Shown: positions 1-10,100, numbered from the stretch's first letter. The stretch: DNA of 64,000 nucleotides from an uncultured Acidobacteriota bacterium (GCA_963741955.1 CAVUKB010000006.1:224001-288000), one strand, 5' to 3'. Numbers and translations are program-made. The notes: generated by a model from the sequence alone, not told the origin.

Positions 1-1807
1 CCGCGAAAAGAAGGCCGTGACGGTCGCCAGTCGTGCGCGCTTCGGCCAGGCGGAGCTGCAGTGATTCGTCCGCCTGGGTGTTGCGCCGTTCGAACGCCCG
101 TCCCGCCGCCCAGGCGATCATTCCGCCGAGGAAGATGGGGACTTCGAGCTCGAGGGGAAGATAGATCCCGACCGCGACCGCGAGCACCGGAGTCCGGAAC
201 GCGCTCCCGCGTCTCTCCAGCCAGAGATCGAGAAGGATGACTGCGACCGCGATCCCCATCCCGATGGTGACCATGTCCCACGGAAGCCCGCCGTGGAAAA
301 CACCTTCCGCAACTGCAGCCATCAGAGTTGCCTGCGGTGCAGTGAGAGGATTCGGATGCGCAGGGGTCGGGCTTCCGATTCCGTACGCCTTCAACAGAAG
401 AGAGAGGACCGGAGCCATCACCACTGCGGCCACCACCACTCCCACCGATTGCATGATCTGCTGCTTGACCGGCGTCGCACCGAGAATGTACCCGGACTTC
501 AGATCCTGCATGTTGTCGCCGGCGATCGCTGCAGCGCAGCAGACGACGGCGCCGATGAAGATCGCCGACGCGGGGCCGGCAGGATTCCCGTGCCCCATCA
601 GGAGAAGAAGGAGCAGCGCCGCGGTGAGAAGCGTCGCGATGGTCACCCCGGAGATCGGGTTGTTCGAGGAGCCGACCAGCCCGGCCATGTATCCGGCCAC
701 CGCGGAGAAGAGGAATCCCGCGATGATCATGATGAAGGCCATGAACGCCGCGATCCCGATGCTGCGGGTGAAGTACCAGAAGATCAGAAAGAGAGGGATG
801 ATCGAGACGGCGGTCGCGACACCGACCCACTGCATGGGGAGGTCGCGTTCGGTCCGGAGGGTTTCCTCTCCGCCTCCGCTTCGCATCCGGCGATAGGCTT
901 CCATCCCCGAGCGGATGCCGCTGACGAGACTCTTCCGGAGACGGATCAGGGCCCACAGACCGCCGACGACCATCGCCCCGACTCCCAGGTAGCGCGTCTG
1001 CGCCGACCAGATCGCGTTCGCCGCATCTGCCGCGGAGACTCCTCCCTGCAGCGGCTGCATCGCGGCGATGATCGGGATGGCGACGAGCCAGTTCACCGCA
1101 CCCCCGAGGAAGATGAGAATCGAGATGTTCAGCCCGACGATGTAACCGACCGCCAGGAGCGCCGGAGAGAGATTGGTTCCGAAGTATCCGATCGAACGAC
1201 CGAAGTAGGTGGCACGCTCGACCGCTCCGTCCCAGAAACGAAAGCCGGTCTCACCGAGCTTGAAGAGCGCGCCGATCAGTCCTGCGATCGAGATGAACTT
1301 CACTCCCGAACCGCCACTCTCCCCGACCTTCAGCACTTCCGCGGTGGCCACGCCTTCCGGGAACTGAAGCGGATGCTCGACGATCAGAGCGCGCCGGAGG
1401 GGGATGGTGAAGAGGACACCGAGAAGTCCTCCGAATCCCGCGATCATCGTCGTCTCCCAGTAGTCGAACTCCTTCCACACACCAAGAAGGACGAGCGCCG
1501 GAATGGTGAAGATCACGCCGGCCGCGAGGCTCTCGCCGGCCGAGGCCGCGGTCTGCACGATGTTGTTCTCCAGAATCGTCGAACCGCGGAACAACCTCAG
1601 GATGCCCATCGACAGGACGGCCGCCGGAATGGAAGCTGAGACCGTCATGCCGGCGAAGAGGCCGAGGTAGGCATTCGCTGCGCCGAGAATCACCGAAAGA
1701 ATCGCGCCGAGAAGCACGGACTTGACCGTGATCTCGGCGATTGATGCCGAGGGGGCAACCCAGGGTTGCGGGGTCGCGGGCTCGACCCGGGGCTGTGGTC
1801 GTGACAT
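1..1807 (-). CDS. OPT family oligopeptide transporter (3' end runs off the window)
   Basis: Not in the ORF track because there is no stop in the window. Manual translation from ATG 1807 (RBS GGGAGGAG) gives MSRPQPRVEP...EITVKSVLLGAILSVILGAANAYLGLFAGMTVSASIPAAV...ENNIVQTAASAGESLAAGVIFTIPAL...FPEGVATAEVL, which are OPT/YSL signatures. Confidence 0.93.
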   Translation of the reverse strand, partial: MSRPQPRVEPATPQPWVAPSASIAEITVKSVLLGAILSVILGAANAYLGLFAGMTVSASIPAAVLSMGILRLFRGSTILENNIVQTAASAGESLAAGVIFTIPALVLLGVWKEFDYWETTMIAGFGGLLGVLFTIPLRRALIVEHPLQFPEGVATAEVLKVGESGGSGVKFISIAGLIGALFKLGETGFRFWDGAVERATYFGRSIGYFGTNLSPALLAVGYIVGLNISILIFLGGAVNWLVAIPIIAAMQPLQGGVSAADAANAIWSAQTRYLGVGAMVVGGLWALIRLRKSLVSGIRSGMEAYRRMRSGGGEETLRTERDLPMQWVGVATAVSIIPLFLIFWYFTRSIGIAAFMAFIMIIAGFLFSAVAGYMAGLVGSSNNPISGVTIATLLTAALLLLLLMGHGNPAGPASAIFIGAVVCCAAAIAGDNMQDLKSGYILGATPVKQQIMQSVGVVVAAVVMAPVLSLLLKAYGIGSPTPAHPNPLTAPQATLMAAVAEGVFHGGLPWDMVTIGMGIAVAVILLDLWLERRGSAFRTPVLAVAVGIYLPLELEVPIFLGGMIAWAAGRAFERRNTQADESLQLRLAEARTTGDRHGLLFA

Positions 1808-1870
1808 GGCTCCTCCCTGCTCGGCCCGGATGTGTGCGAGGGATGTGCCGGAGAAGGAGAGGCATCGGAG

Positions 1871-1977
1871 ATCTGTTATCTGATATCTATTATCAGATGC
1901 TTTATTAAGGATAGTTTAGATATCAACGATTCTCATACTCTAATCAGATAATAGGTAATAGATAATAGATAATAGAT
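1871..1977. repeat. AT-rich island of inverted heptamer tracts (ATCTATT-like x4 / AATAGAT-like x5)
   Basis: ATCTGTT ATCTGAT ATCTATT ATCAGAT at 1871-1898, and ATCAGAT AATAGGT AATAGAT AATAGAT AATAGAT at 1943-1977. Confidence 0.8.
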
Positions 1978-1981
1978 GCTT

Positions 1982-2581
1982 TTAAGCGAACGCGTAGCCG
2001 CGGATGACGAACCGCAGTGGCCAGTGGGCGGCCTCTCCGGCGTAATCCACTCCAATTCGTGGCGTTACGGCGATGTCGTCGTCGCTGAGCTCGATGTCTC
2101 GAGGAGTGATGAAGAGCTCGTGACCATCCAGAGGCGCGCCATTGAGTGCCCGGTCGATGCCGAGCGCCATGCAGAGCTTGCCCGGGCCGTTCATCAGATC
2201 GATCTCCCGGCGTGCCTTCGCCCGGTTCGCCTGAATCCTCTCGAGCCCGTGCAGCGGTTGCGCCGCTCGAAGGAGGACCGCCTCCGCGGTGTCCTCTTCC
2301 TGGGTCACGACGTTCACGCAGTGGTACATCCCATACGTGAAGTAGACGTACGCATGGCCCCCTTCGAGATACATCGCTTCGTTGCGCTTCGAGCGGAGTC
2401 CACGGCGGGCGTGACTCGCCGGGTCATTCGCGCCGAGGTAGGCCTCGGTCTCCACGATCCTCCCCGCCAGAAACTCTCCCTCCTCGAGACGACGCCACAG
2501 AATGCAGCCGAGGAGCGCGCGCGCGACCGCGACCGTGTCGTCGCGATAGAAGCTTCGCGGCAACGGGCGCGGCGGCTTCAT
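1982..2581 (-). CDS. mpg: DNA-3-methyladenine glycosylase (MPG/AAG family)
   Basis: LPRSFY..VARALLG, GRIVETEAY, YVYFTYGMYHCVNVV, AVLLRA, NGPGKLC, PRIGV. ATG at 2581 overlaps the suhB stop. Confidence 0.93.
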   Translation of the reverse strand: MKPPRPLPRSFYRDDTVAVARALLGCILWRRLEEGEFLAGRIVETEAYLGANDPASHARRGLRSKRNEAMYLEGGHAYVYFTYGMYHCVNVVTQEEDTAEAVLLRAAQPLHGLERIQANRAKARREIDLMNGPGKLCMALGIDRALNGAPLDGHELFITPRDIELSDDDIAVTPRIGVDYAGEAAHWPLRFVIRGYAFA

Positions 2582-3390
2582 CGATCGAGCTGTTCCTCGC
2601 GCGTGTAGCGGTTGATCATCGAGAGGAGAGGAGCGTGGACGCCGGCCGGGGCGCCTAGGATGTTGCCGCGCTCCCAGAAGCTCTCCCCTCCGGAGAAGTC
2701 GGTGACGACGCCTCCCGCTTCGCGCACCAGCAGTCCTCCCGCGGCGATGTCCCACGGAGCGAGGTGCAGCTCGAAGAATCCGTCGAAGACGCCGGCCGCG
2801 GTGTAGGCGAGATCGAGCGCTGCCGAGCCCGCGCGGCGCACTCCCTTCACCGTGGAGATCACGTCGCGAAAGATGTCGGTGTAGATGCCGACGAACTTCT
2901 GCGCGCGGAACGGAAAACCGGTGGCGATGAACGCTCCTTCGAGACTTCCCTGATCCGAGACCTGCATCGGCTCACCGTTGCGGAACGCCCCGGCGCCTTT
3001 CTCGGCAGTGAAGAGCTCTCCGCGAAGGGGCTCGTAGATCACGGCCGCGACCATCTCGCGATCCTTCTTCAACCCGATCGAGATGCACCAGAAGGGAAAA
3101 TGTTGAAGGTAGTTCGACGTCCCGTCGAGCGGGTCGATGATCCAGGTCAGTCCCGACCCTGTCTCTTCCGTCGCCGCACGGGCACCCGCTTCCTCGCCGA
3201 GGAATGACGCTTCGGGTGACGCCTCTCTGAGATACCGGACGATCGCCTCTTCACTTTCGCGATCCGCTTTCGAGACCCAGTCGTTGCGTCCCTTGAGGTC
3301 GGCGTCCTCTTTTCCGAGCTGCTGCCAATGCCGGGTCAGAACCTCGGCGCCGATCCGCGCTGCGCCGGTAGCGATTTCGACTGGATTCAA
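2578..3390 (-). CDS. suhB: Inositol monophosphatase family protein
   Basis: LGEE, WIIDPLDGTSNY, RRAGSAALDLAY, PWDIAAG. TTG start at 3390 follows GGAGGAGG (alternative GTG 3408). Confidence 0.92.
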   Translation of the reverse strand: MNPVEIATGAARIGAEVLTRHWQQLGKEDADLKGRNDWVSKADRESEEAIVRYLREASPEASFLGEEAGARAATEETGSGLTWIIDPLDGTSNYLQHFPFWCISIGLKKDREMVAAVIYEPLRGELFTAEKGAGAFRNGEPMQVSDQGSLEGAFIATGFPFRAQKFVGIYTDIFRDVISTVKGVRRAGSAALDLAYTAAGVFDGFFELHLAPWDIAAGGLLVREAGGVVTDFSGGESFWERGNILGAPAGVHAPLLSMINRYTREEQLDR

Positions 3391-3482
3391 AAGGCCTCCT
3401 CCGATCACGTCTCGCGCCGCAGCGATCCGCGCGCGCGAGGAAGATGCATTGTACGACCTGCTTCCGCGGCGTCCAGAGGCTT

Positions 3483-3526
3483 ATTCACGGCTTTCGTCGC
3501 GAGGAGTGCGAGGCGGGCCTCGATGC
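3483..3526 (+). repeat. Left-arm fragment of dispersed hairpin element family B
   Basis: ATTCACGGCTTTCGTCGCGAGGAGTGCGAGGCGGGCCTCGATGC is nearly identical to 47214-47258. Confidence 0.7.
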
Positions 3527-5437
3527 TGCGCCGCCACCGGGACTCTGAGGAGCGCGTTCCCATCCGATGAAGTCGAAACGCAATCCGAGCGCGCGGTGGT
3601 CACTCGAAGGTCCGACGCGTGCCGGAACGATCGTGGTCGAAGTCTCGATCTCCAGCTCGTTCGGCCCGTTGGCCGTTCCGTCGACGACGTATTGGGCCGA
3701 AACGCGCGACGAATGCGGAGTGATGCTCTCGAGCGGGTGTCCGTTGAACCGGAGACGGATCACGGGCGAGTCCTTCATCGCTTCTTCCGGCAGCCAGAAC
3801 TCGAGGTGTATGACGTGTCGCCCCGAGACGTGAGGGAAGAGAACCCGCCCGCGCGAAGACATCCAGACCCACGTTTCGGTCGGGGTCGATTCGACCGGCC
3901 AGAATCCTTCCGCGAACTGCGGAATCTGCGACAGCGGAGCGACCGACGCACTGAAGAAGCGGCGTCGTCGAGTGATGCGATCGAGACGCCTGAACGCCCT
4001 TCGGAAGACGATGGAATCGAGGTTCCGGGGGGACTCTGCATAGAGGTACGCCTTGCGTCTTCCGCTCAGCACCAGAGAAGCATCCGAATCCCGCCGGAGG
4101 CTCACGCGATGAAAGTCGTCGAGCAGGTAGTCGGCGAACGGTCGGATCGAAGGCGACACGAGGACGACCGCATCCGTTTGTCGGGCATGCGAGCGAATCC
4201 ATTCTGCCGCCGCGACGGGAGGTGATGCCGTCGTGCGGACCGTGTGCAGCGGCGGCATCATCTCGGCTCCGGCGGCGGCGGCGAAGACGAGGACTGCCGC
4301 GGCGTAACTCGAGATGCGGAGTCGTTCGTTCACACGCGCGAAGAGAAGCTGAAGCCCTTCGGCGATTGCGAATCCGAACATGGGAATGTATCCGAGGGAG
4401 TAACGGGCGAAGCACCACGGGTCGAGGCAGATAATGGTCAAAAGGATGTTGAGTCCGAAAACGGCGGAGAGGATCCGTAATGGCCCCGGACGCGTCGCGG
4501 CCCGCGTCAACGCGACCAGAACGAGGAGGGTCAGGAGGAGCGAGCCGTTGCGGGGAAGACCGTAAGGAAGGACGAGCGCGTCCGCGACCCGTTTCCCCAC
4601 CGAGATGCCGGCCGAACCCCAGATGGCGTCGGTATTCCGGACGTACTCGCTTTGGATCCGCACGGCTTCGAAGTAGGCCCCGACCGAACGGCTGGCGAGG
4701 GCGGCCCCCGCGTATGCCACAGACGCCGGGATCGCTGCGAGAAGCAGCGCAGCGAGCACCAGGCGCGTGCGCCCCTTCCGGATCAGCGCGAGACCACTCC
4801 AGACGAACGGGACTGCAGCGACCAGAATGTTCTGGGGCCGCACCGCGATCGCGGCACTGGCGACGAGTGCCCCCCAGACGAACCAACTCGGTCGTTCCCT
4901 TCCCGAGATCAGCAGACCGGCGGCGAGCGCGATCAGCACCATCGAGGGCACGTCGCTGAACCCCGTACCACCGAAGAACCACACCGTGGGAAAGAAGGCC
5001 GTGATCACGGCGCCGCCCCAGGCCGTGGAGACGCGCGCGCCGGCGGAGCGGAAGAGAAAGTACAGAGCCGGGAAGAGCGCGATGGCACACAGGAGCACGA
5101 CTGACTGCAGAGCGCGAAAGTCCGATGGCGTCACCAGACGGAAAAGCTTTCCGAGTGCGATGAAAAGCGGGTAGCCCGGGGGATGGGGTTGATGCAGCGT
5201 GACGTCGAAATTACGTACGCCCGACATGAACTGGATCTCGTCCCAGTCCCACGGCGTCGCAGCTGCGGCGGCAAAGCGGGAGATCCCAACGACCGCCGTG
5301 GTTGCGATCAGCAGAAGTGTCAGGGCGCGGGATCCAGGCTCGCCCTTCTCGATCGTGAGATGCACGCCCGGATGGTACGGGCGCTTTCTGAAAACCGTTG
5401 GTGACATCCCGTGACGCTTTACGTGGGGAACAGGCAC
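3485..5437 (-). CDS. GT-C type (ArnT/PMT-like, DUF2723-like) membrane glycosyltransferase with C-terminal extracytoplasmic beta domain
   Basis: WDWDE acidic loop after TM1, HQPHPPGYP, many TM helices, SDVP, C-terminal GFWPVE..WVW..DHRALG. The start may be GTG 5365. Confidence 0.7.
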   Translation of the reverse strand: MPVPHVKRHGMSPTVFRKRPYHPGVHLTIEKGEPGSRALTLLLIATTAVVGISRFAAAAATPWDWDEIQFMSGVRNFDVTLHQPHPPGYPLFIALGKLFRLVTPSDFRALQSVVLLCAIALFPALYFLFRSAGARVSTAWGGAVITAFFPTVWFFGGTGFSDVPSMVLIALAAGLLISGRERPSWFVWGALVASAAIAVRPQNILVAAVPFVWSGLALIRKGRTRLVLAALLLAAIPASVAYAGAALASRSVGAYFEAVRIQSEYVRNTDAIWGSAGISVGKRVADALVLPYGLPRNGSLLLTLLVLVALTRAATRPGPLRILSAVFGLNILLTIICLDPWCFARYSLGYIPMFGFAIAEGLQLLFARVNERLRISSYAAAVLVFAAAAGAEMMPPLHTVRTTASPPVAAAEWIRSHARQTDAVVLVSPSIRPFADYLLDDFHRVSLRRDSDASLVLSGRRKAYLYAESPRNLDSIVFRRAFRRLDRITRRRRFFSASVAPLSQIPQFAEGFWPVESTPTETWVWMSSRGRVLFPHVSGRHVIHLEFWLPEEAMKDSPVIRLRFNGHPLESITPHSSRVSAQYVVDGTANGPNELEIETSTTIVPARVGPSSDHRALGLRFDFIGWERAPQSPGGGAASRPASHSSRRKP

Positions 5438-5464
5438 GCTCCAACAGCGGCGTTGCGCGGTTCA

Positions 5465-6754
5465 TCAATGACCGACGGTGATCTCCACGCGCACGGTTTT
5501 CGAGCCCATTTGTCCGAACCAGCAGACCTGATTGCTCACGGCGTCGAATTCGAGCGTGTAGATGCCGGGCTCCGCGGGCGCCGGGATCGCCAGATCGACG
5601 CTCACGCTCTCTCCCTCCCGGATCGGCGCACCTTCCACGCCTGCACGGAGCTTCATCCACGCATAGTCGAAGTTCACCAGCTCTCCGTTGCCGCGGAACA
5701 GGTGCGCCGCCAGTGAGACGCCCCCGCGCGGTACCTCCGACGGAAGCCACGCCGGCGCACCGGCGTTGGTGACCGTCGCGCGACCTCGAATCGTCTCTCC
5801 CACCCGTACCGTCGTCGAGTCGACGCTGATCTCGATCGTAGCACGCAGACCTTCGGGGCGGCGGCTGTCACCGGGGCCACGCTCCCCCTTCCGGAGGAAG
5901 AAGTCGCGGACGTTCGAGAGAAACTGGCGCGTCAGATCGATGTAGTGGATGCTCGTCTCGCCTCCGTCGACGAGATCGCGGTACCCGTCGAGCGGAACGT
6001 GGAACGGCGCTGCGTTGAAACCGGCCAGACGGAGATCGCTGAATCCAGCCGCCTGCGCCATCCTCCAGATGTCTTCGACCACCACGTCGTTCTCCAGCAC
6101 CTTGAACGTCTTCATTTCGAACTGCGACTGCGGCGCCCGCGAATGACGCGGGCCCGGCTCTGCAAACGCCGCGATCCCGCCGTCGACCAGAACGCGTGAC
6201 ATCTCCCACAGCACCTCCTGAGGATTCGGTACGTGATGGAAGGCGTCGAACGAGAGGATCCGATCGACCGAGGAATCAGGGAGCGGGATGTGCCGGCCAT
6301 CGAAGACGACGAACTCGGGCGGAATCGAGTCACCGATCACCGGCCGCTTCGCGTACAGCTCCTTCCCGATCGCCAGTGCGGTGGGAGAGACGTCGAGCGC
6401 AATCGCCCTGCAGCCGAGCTGAGAGAAAATATGCGAGGCCCAGCAGCTCCCGGCGGCGAAGTCGAGCACCGTCATCCCGGGAACCAGCTCCATCCCCTGA
6501 ATCATCACCGCGAAATTGATCAGCAGCTGAGGGACATCCTCGATCCGGCTGAAGGGTTTGGTGAGGTGGTCCTTCCATTCCGTGAGGCGGGAGAAATACT
6601 CCTCGGCCGTCTGCCGGAGCGCGTCGACCGAGTGCTCCTTCATCAGGTCGGCGGGCGAGAGGTAGTCGTCCGGGATCTCGAGGACCTTCGGATGTCCGCC
6701 GTGGCGAACGGCTTTTGAAGCGACCCAGAGACGCAGCCTTCCGAGCAGTGGCAT
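5465..6754 (-). CDS. Class I SAM-dependent methyltransferase with C-terminal Ig-like domain
   Basis: VLDFAAGSCW, LDVS, IPLPDSSVDRI, AFHHVP, AFAEP. C-terminal VTNAG..W..PGIYTLEFD..WF. Start placed at MPLLGR (6754) because the upstream extension is translated heptamer repeat. Confidence 0.85.
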   Translation of the reverse strand: MPLLGRLRLWVASKAVRHGGHPKVLEIPDDYLSPADLMKEHSVDALRQTAEEYFSRLTEWKDHLTKPFSRIEDVPQLLINFAVMIQGMELVPGMTVLDFAAGSCWASHIFSQLGCRAIALDVSPTALAIGKELYAKRPVIGDSIPPEFVVFDGRHIPLPDSSVDRILSFDAFHHVPNPQEVLWEMSRVLVDGGIAAFAEPGPRHSRAPQSQFEMKTFKVLENDVVVEDIWRMAQAAGFSDLRLAGFNAAPFHVPLDGYRDLVDGGETSIHYIDLTRQFLSNVRDFFLRKGERGPGDSRRPEGLRATIEISVDSTTVRVGETIRGRATVTNAGAPAWLPSEVPRGGVSLAAHLFRGNGELVNFDYAWMKLRAGVEGAPIREGESVSVDLAIPAPAEPGIYTLEFDAVSNQVCWFGQMGSKTVRVEITVGH

Positions 6755-6769
6755 CGGGGAAGTGTAGTC

Positions 6770-6839
6770 GAGGATCGGGGGTCGGGGATCAGGGGTCGGG
6801 GATCGAGGATCGAGGATCGGGGGTCGGGGATCGGGGGTC
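6770..6839. repeat. G-rich heptamer tandem tract (G[AG]GG[AG]TC-like x10)
   Basis: GAGGATC GGGGGTC GGGGATC AGGGGTC GGGGATC GAGGATC GAGGATC GGGGGTC GGGGATC GGGGGTC. Confidence 0.9.
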
Positions 6840-6844
6840 GGGGG

Positions 6845-6933
6845 CAGCCCCGTAGGGGCGTTTGACAATAGCCCAGGACGCAGTCCTGGGATTTCTTGGC
6901 CGGAGCACCACGCCCGACAGCCCCGTAGGGGCG
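6845..6933. repeat. REP-like element: two CAGCCCCGTAGGGGCG copies flanking a CCCAGGAC-GCA-GTCCTGGG hairpin
   Basis: Direct 16-bp repeats at 6845-6860 and 6918-6933, each a GCCCC-GTA-GGGGC hairpin; 8-bp stem at 6872-6890. Confidence 0.75.
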
Positions 6934-6966
6934 ATTGAACAAACCTCCATGCATGGAGCGCCGCAA

Positions 6967-7009
6967 AGAATAATATTCGTTGATCGCCGACGGAGACAGA
7001 ATAATATTC
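6967..7009. promoter_or_regulatory. Two identical palindromic sites AGAATAATATTC 31 bp apart, candidate operator/UAS
   Basis: Copies at 6967-6978 and 6998-7009; the core GAATA-A-TATTC is a perfect inverted repeat; lies in a divergent intergenic region. Confidence 0.45.
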
Positions 7010-7155
7010 TCTTCAGAGGCCATCACACCGAACGATAATCCATCGCGACGCCCAATCCCCGATCGCACTTCCGCGATTGCCGGCCACGGATCCGACACCC
7101 TCCCCGGATCTGCTAGAATCGCCGCACTCTACAGCACGCGAACGAGAGTCGTGGA

Positions 7156-10100
7156 ATGGCCATGCGGCAGCCCTCGGGCCGTAACAAGCGAGCAGCCACC
7201 CGCATCTCGATCCGCGAGTTCGGCTGGAGTCCCTGGACCATCGCGAGCCTCCGTCATCCGACGCTCCCATGGTTCGAGAGCCGGCAATGCGAGATCGAGA
7301 TCGAGGGGACGCCTCTGTCCGAGCTCCGGCGCTTTCCCGCCCGTGATGCACTCTCTCTGCTCGGGCAGTACACCGCACACCAATCCTTCCTCCGTTTCGC
7401 CTCCATCGACGATGGTTCATTCGATCCGGTCGAATGGATGGTGGTACACCGAAGGGGTCAGGACTGCAGATTGGTCCGGATCCGCTCCACTCCTTCGGTC
7501 GGCTCCGCGCCCCCGCGCATCAGTCTGATCGAAGAATTCGCGGGATTCGTCGGAATCGACGACCTCGAAACGGCCCGCCAGTCGTGGGCGCGGCCGGCGC
7601 AGGTGTACCGGGAGCTCTACCAGCGACTCCGGCACGGAGCCGCGTCCGACCTCCGGTGGGTCTACGCCGCGGCGGCCGGAGCGATCCACTCTCCCGGCGC
7701 GACGCTGGTCGAGGCGCTCTTCGGAGACGAACCAATCTCGTTCGCCACGACCGAGCCGAACGCGATCGAGACGCTCCGATTCGCCGGAGATCTCGCCCGC
7801 ACCGAGCTTCCACTGTTCGTGATCGGCGGGGCCGCCTCATCGCCGATCCGGCGCTGCTCGGCGCTCTCGGATCTCGAGCGCGCCATCGGTTCGATGGAAG
7901 GAAGCGACGAGAGCGAGATCGCCGAACGGTTCCTCGAGACGACGGCACGCGGCGCGATCGTGATCCTCGACTCTCCCGAAACTCACGATCGCGCTTCACG
8001 CACGGTGACCCGTCTGCTGGGTCAGGCCCCGTCGCGGTTGCGCTGGATCGTCCCTTCCGGCGAGAGGGAGCTCTTCGCCGGTGCCCGCTTCGAGAACCCA
8101 TCGGAGACCCGCCCTTTCCTCCTCTCGCCTCGGCTGCAACCCTACCGCCGTTTTCTCGAGACTTCGGCCCTCCTCGATCCCGCCGAACGGATCGCATGGG
8201 TGGAGTCGGCGGTACAGTCCGAACAGCTCTCCCGTTATCTCGACGACGGCGTGATCCCCGATCGCTCGGCCGACCGCACCATCGCGTCGATCGGAGAGCC
8301 CATCCGGTCGTATCTCGCGGCCCTCGCGCTCCTCGGTGACTCGACCGAGACCTCCTTCGCCCGGCATTTCCTCGACGATCTCGGGTGCCGGATCCCGGTG
8401 GAAGAACTGATGATTCCCGGAGTCCTCGAGAAGGAAGGGAGCGCTCTTTCGTTCCGCAATCCTGCAGTGCGCGAACGCCTGGTTGCGGGCATCCCGGCGG
8501 ACTCACTGCTGGCACTGGCGAGGCTCGCCGCGGAAACACTCTCCGACGCTCTCCCCCCGCGCGCAGCAGCTTCGCTCTTCGTTCTCGCCGGCGAGCCGGA
8601 CCGCGGTCTTGCAACGCTGGAGAACGAGCCGCGCATCGGACAGTCGCCAGAGTCGCAGCTGGAGGAACTGGCGAGCTTCCCTCCTGCGCTGATCCGCGGA
8701 TCGGCGGTTCTCTCGGAGCGGATCGCCCGTGCTCTGATCGCGTGCGGACGCTATCGGGATGCGCGCGAATGGATCGACGCGCTGCAGGACGAATCGAAGG
8801 CACTCCTCACTGCGCTCGTGTTCCGGCGCCTCGGCGAGTACACGGCCGCGCTCGATGCGTTGTCTGCCGTCGCTGCGGCATCTCTCCCGACCGAGCTTCT
8901 CCGGATCGAGCTCCTCCGGCTCCTGGGGCGGTACGACGATGCGCTCGCCGGAGTTCGGAAGCTCGACGTCGCAAACGCGGACCGTTCGCTCCGGACCCGT
9001 GCCGCGTACGAAGCTGCGGTCCTCGCGATCGACCGCCACGAAGCTCCCGCCGAAGAGTGGCTCGAGGAGAATGACCGCGAGGGCGAGTACTGGCGTCTCC
9101 GCTACCGCTCTTACCGCGCTGCGGGGAATGGGGACCACACCTCGGCCGCCCGTTTTGCGAGCGAAGCACGCGCGTCGTCTCCCGATCTTCCCACCGAGAT
9201 CGATGCGACCATCGACCTCCTCTGGTCGGTGTTCCTCGCTGGCGACTGGGAGAGCGCCCGGCACGACGCGAGGAAGGCGCTCGCTCTGGTGGAAGAGACC
9301 CAGGGTGACCGCGCTGCGGGCGCGGTCCTCTTCTATCTCGCCTGGCTCTGCGCCGACGCGGGACAGCCGGTCGAGGCGGGACAGAAGCTGGAACGACTGC
9401 GTCGGTTCTATCTCGAGACGAAAGACGAGCGGCGCCTTCGTGAGCTCGATCTCATTTCAGCACAGATCGCATTCGTCGCGGGGCGTCACGACGATGCCCG
9501 CCAGCTCGCAGCCGAAGTGTGGAACGAATCGCTTCCGGACGAGATCCGCGAAGCGGCGGCTCTGATCCTCGACGAGATCGACGGCATCGATGGACCCGAC
9601 GGGGAGATCAGGAGCAGCGGAGAATCACTCTGCCTCGAGCTGCGAGACCGCCATGCGATTCTCGTCGCCCGCCGCGGCGGGCGTGGGCGTCCGGTGCTTC
9701 CGTTCAACCGTGCGCTCGCGGATTGGGAAGCATCCTGGATTGCAGGGGGTCGCTTCGACCCTCCCGCGGGAGCCACGGCGACCGAACGTCTGAAACTTCT
9801 CCGTTCCTTCGCTGCCATGAACCGGCGCCGCCCCGACGCGCGTCTCGGCGAGGCGATGTCGGCCCTCCGCACCGACATGCACGTCGCGGTTCTCCCCGCG
9901 GACGCGCCCACGGCATCCGAGTCGGAGCTCCTCCGCATCCTCTCGATGCGGGAGTTTCCGTTCGCTCCCGATGCGCTCGGCCCGATCGAGTGGCGTTACG
10001 CCAGCCGCAACCGGCTCGGCCGGTGGAGCGAGATCGGGTCGCTTCCTCCTCTGGAACAGGACGCCCTCGACGAGCTCCTCCTCGATCTTCCGCCCGGGTG

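Noticed and set aside
237-1865. ORFs 237-896, 293-1639 and 1251-1865
   Set aside because: Antisense or out-of-frame shadows of the OPT transporter gene.
1871-1985. Replication origin unwinding element
   Set aside because: No DnaA boxes or dnaA/rep gene seen, and the period is 7 rather than the 3 of DnaA-trios.
6755-6868. Pro-rich N-terminal extension of the methyltransferase
   Set aside because: It is the translated heptamer tract and REP.
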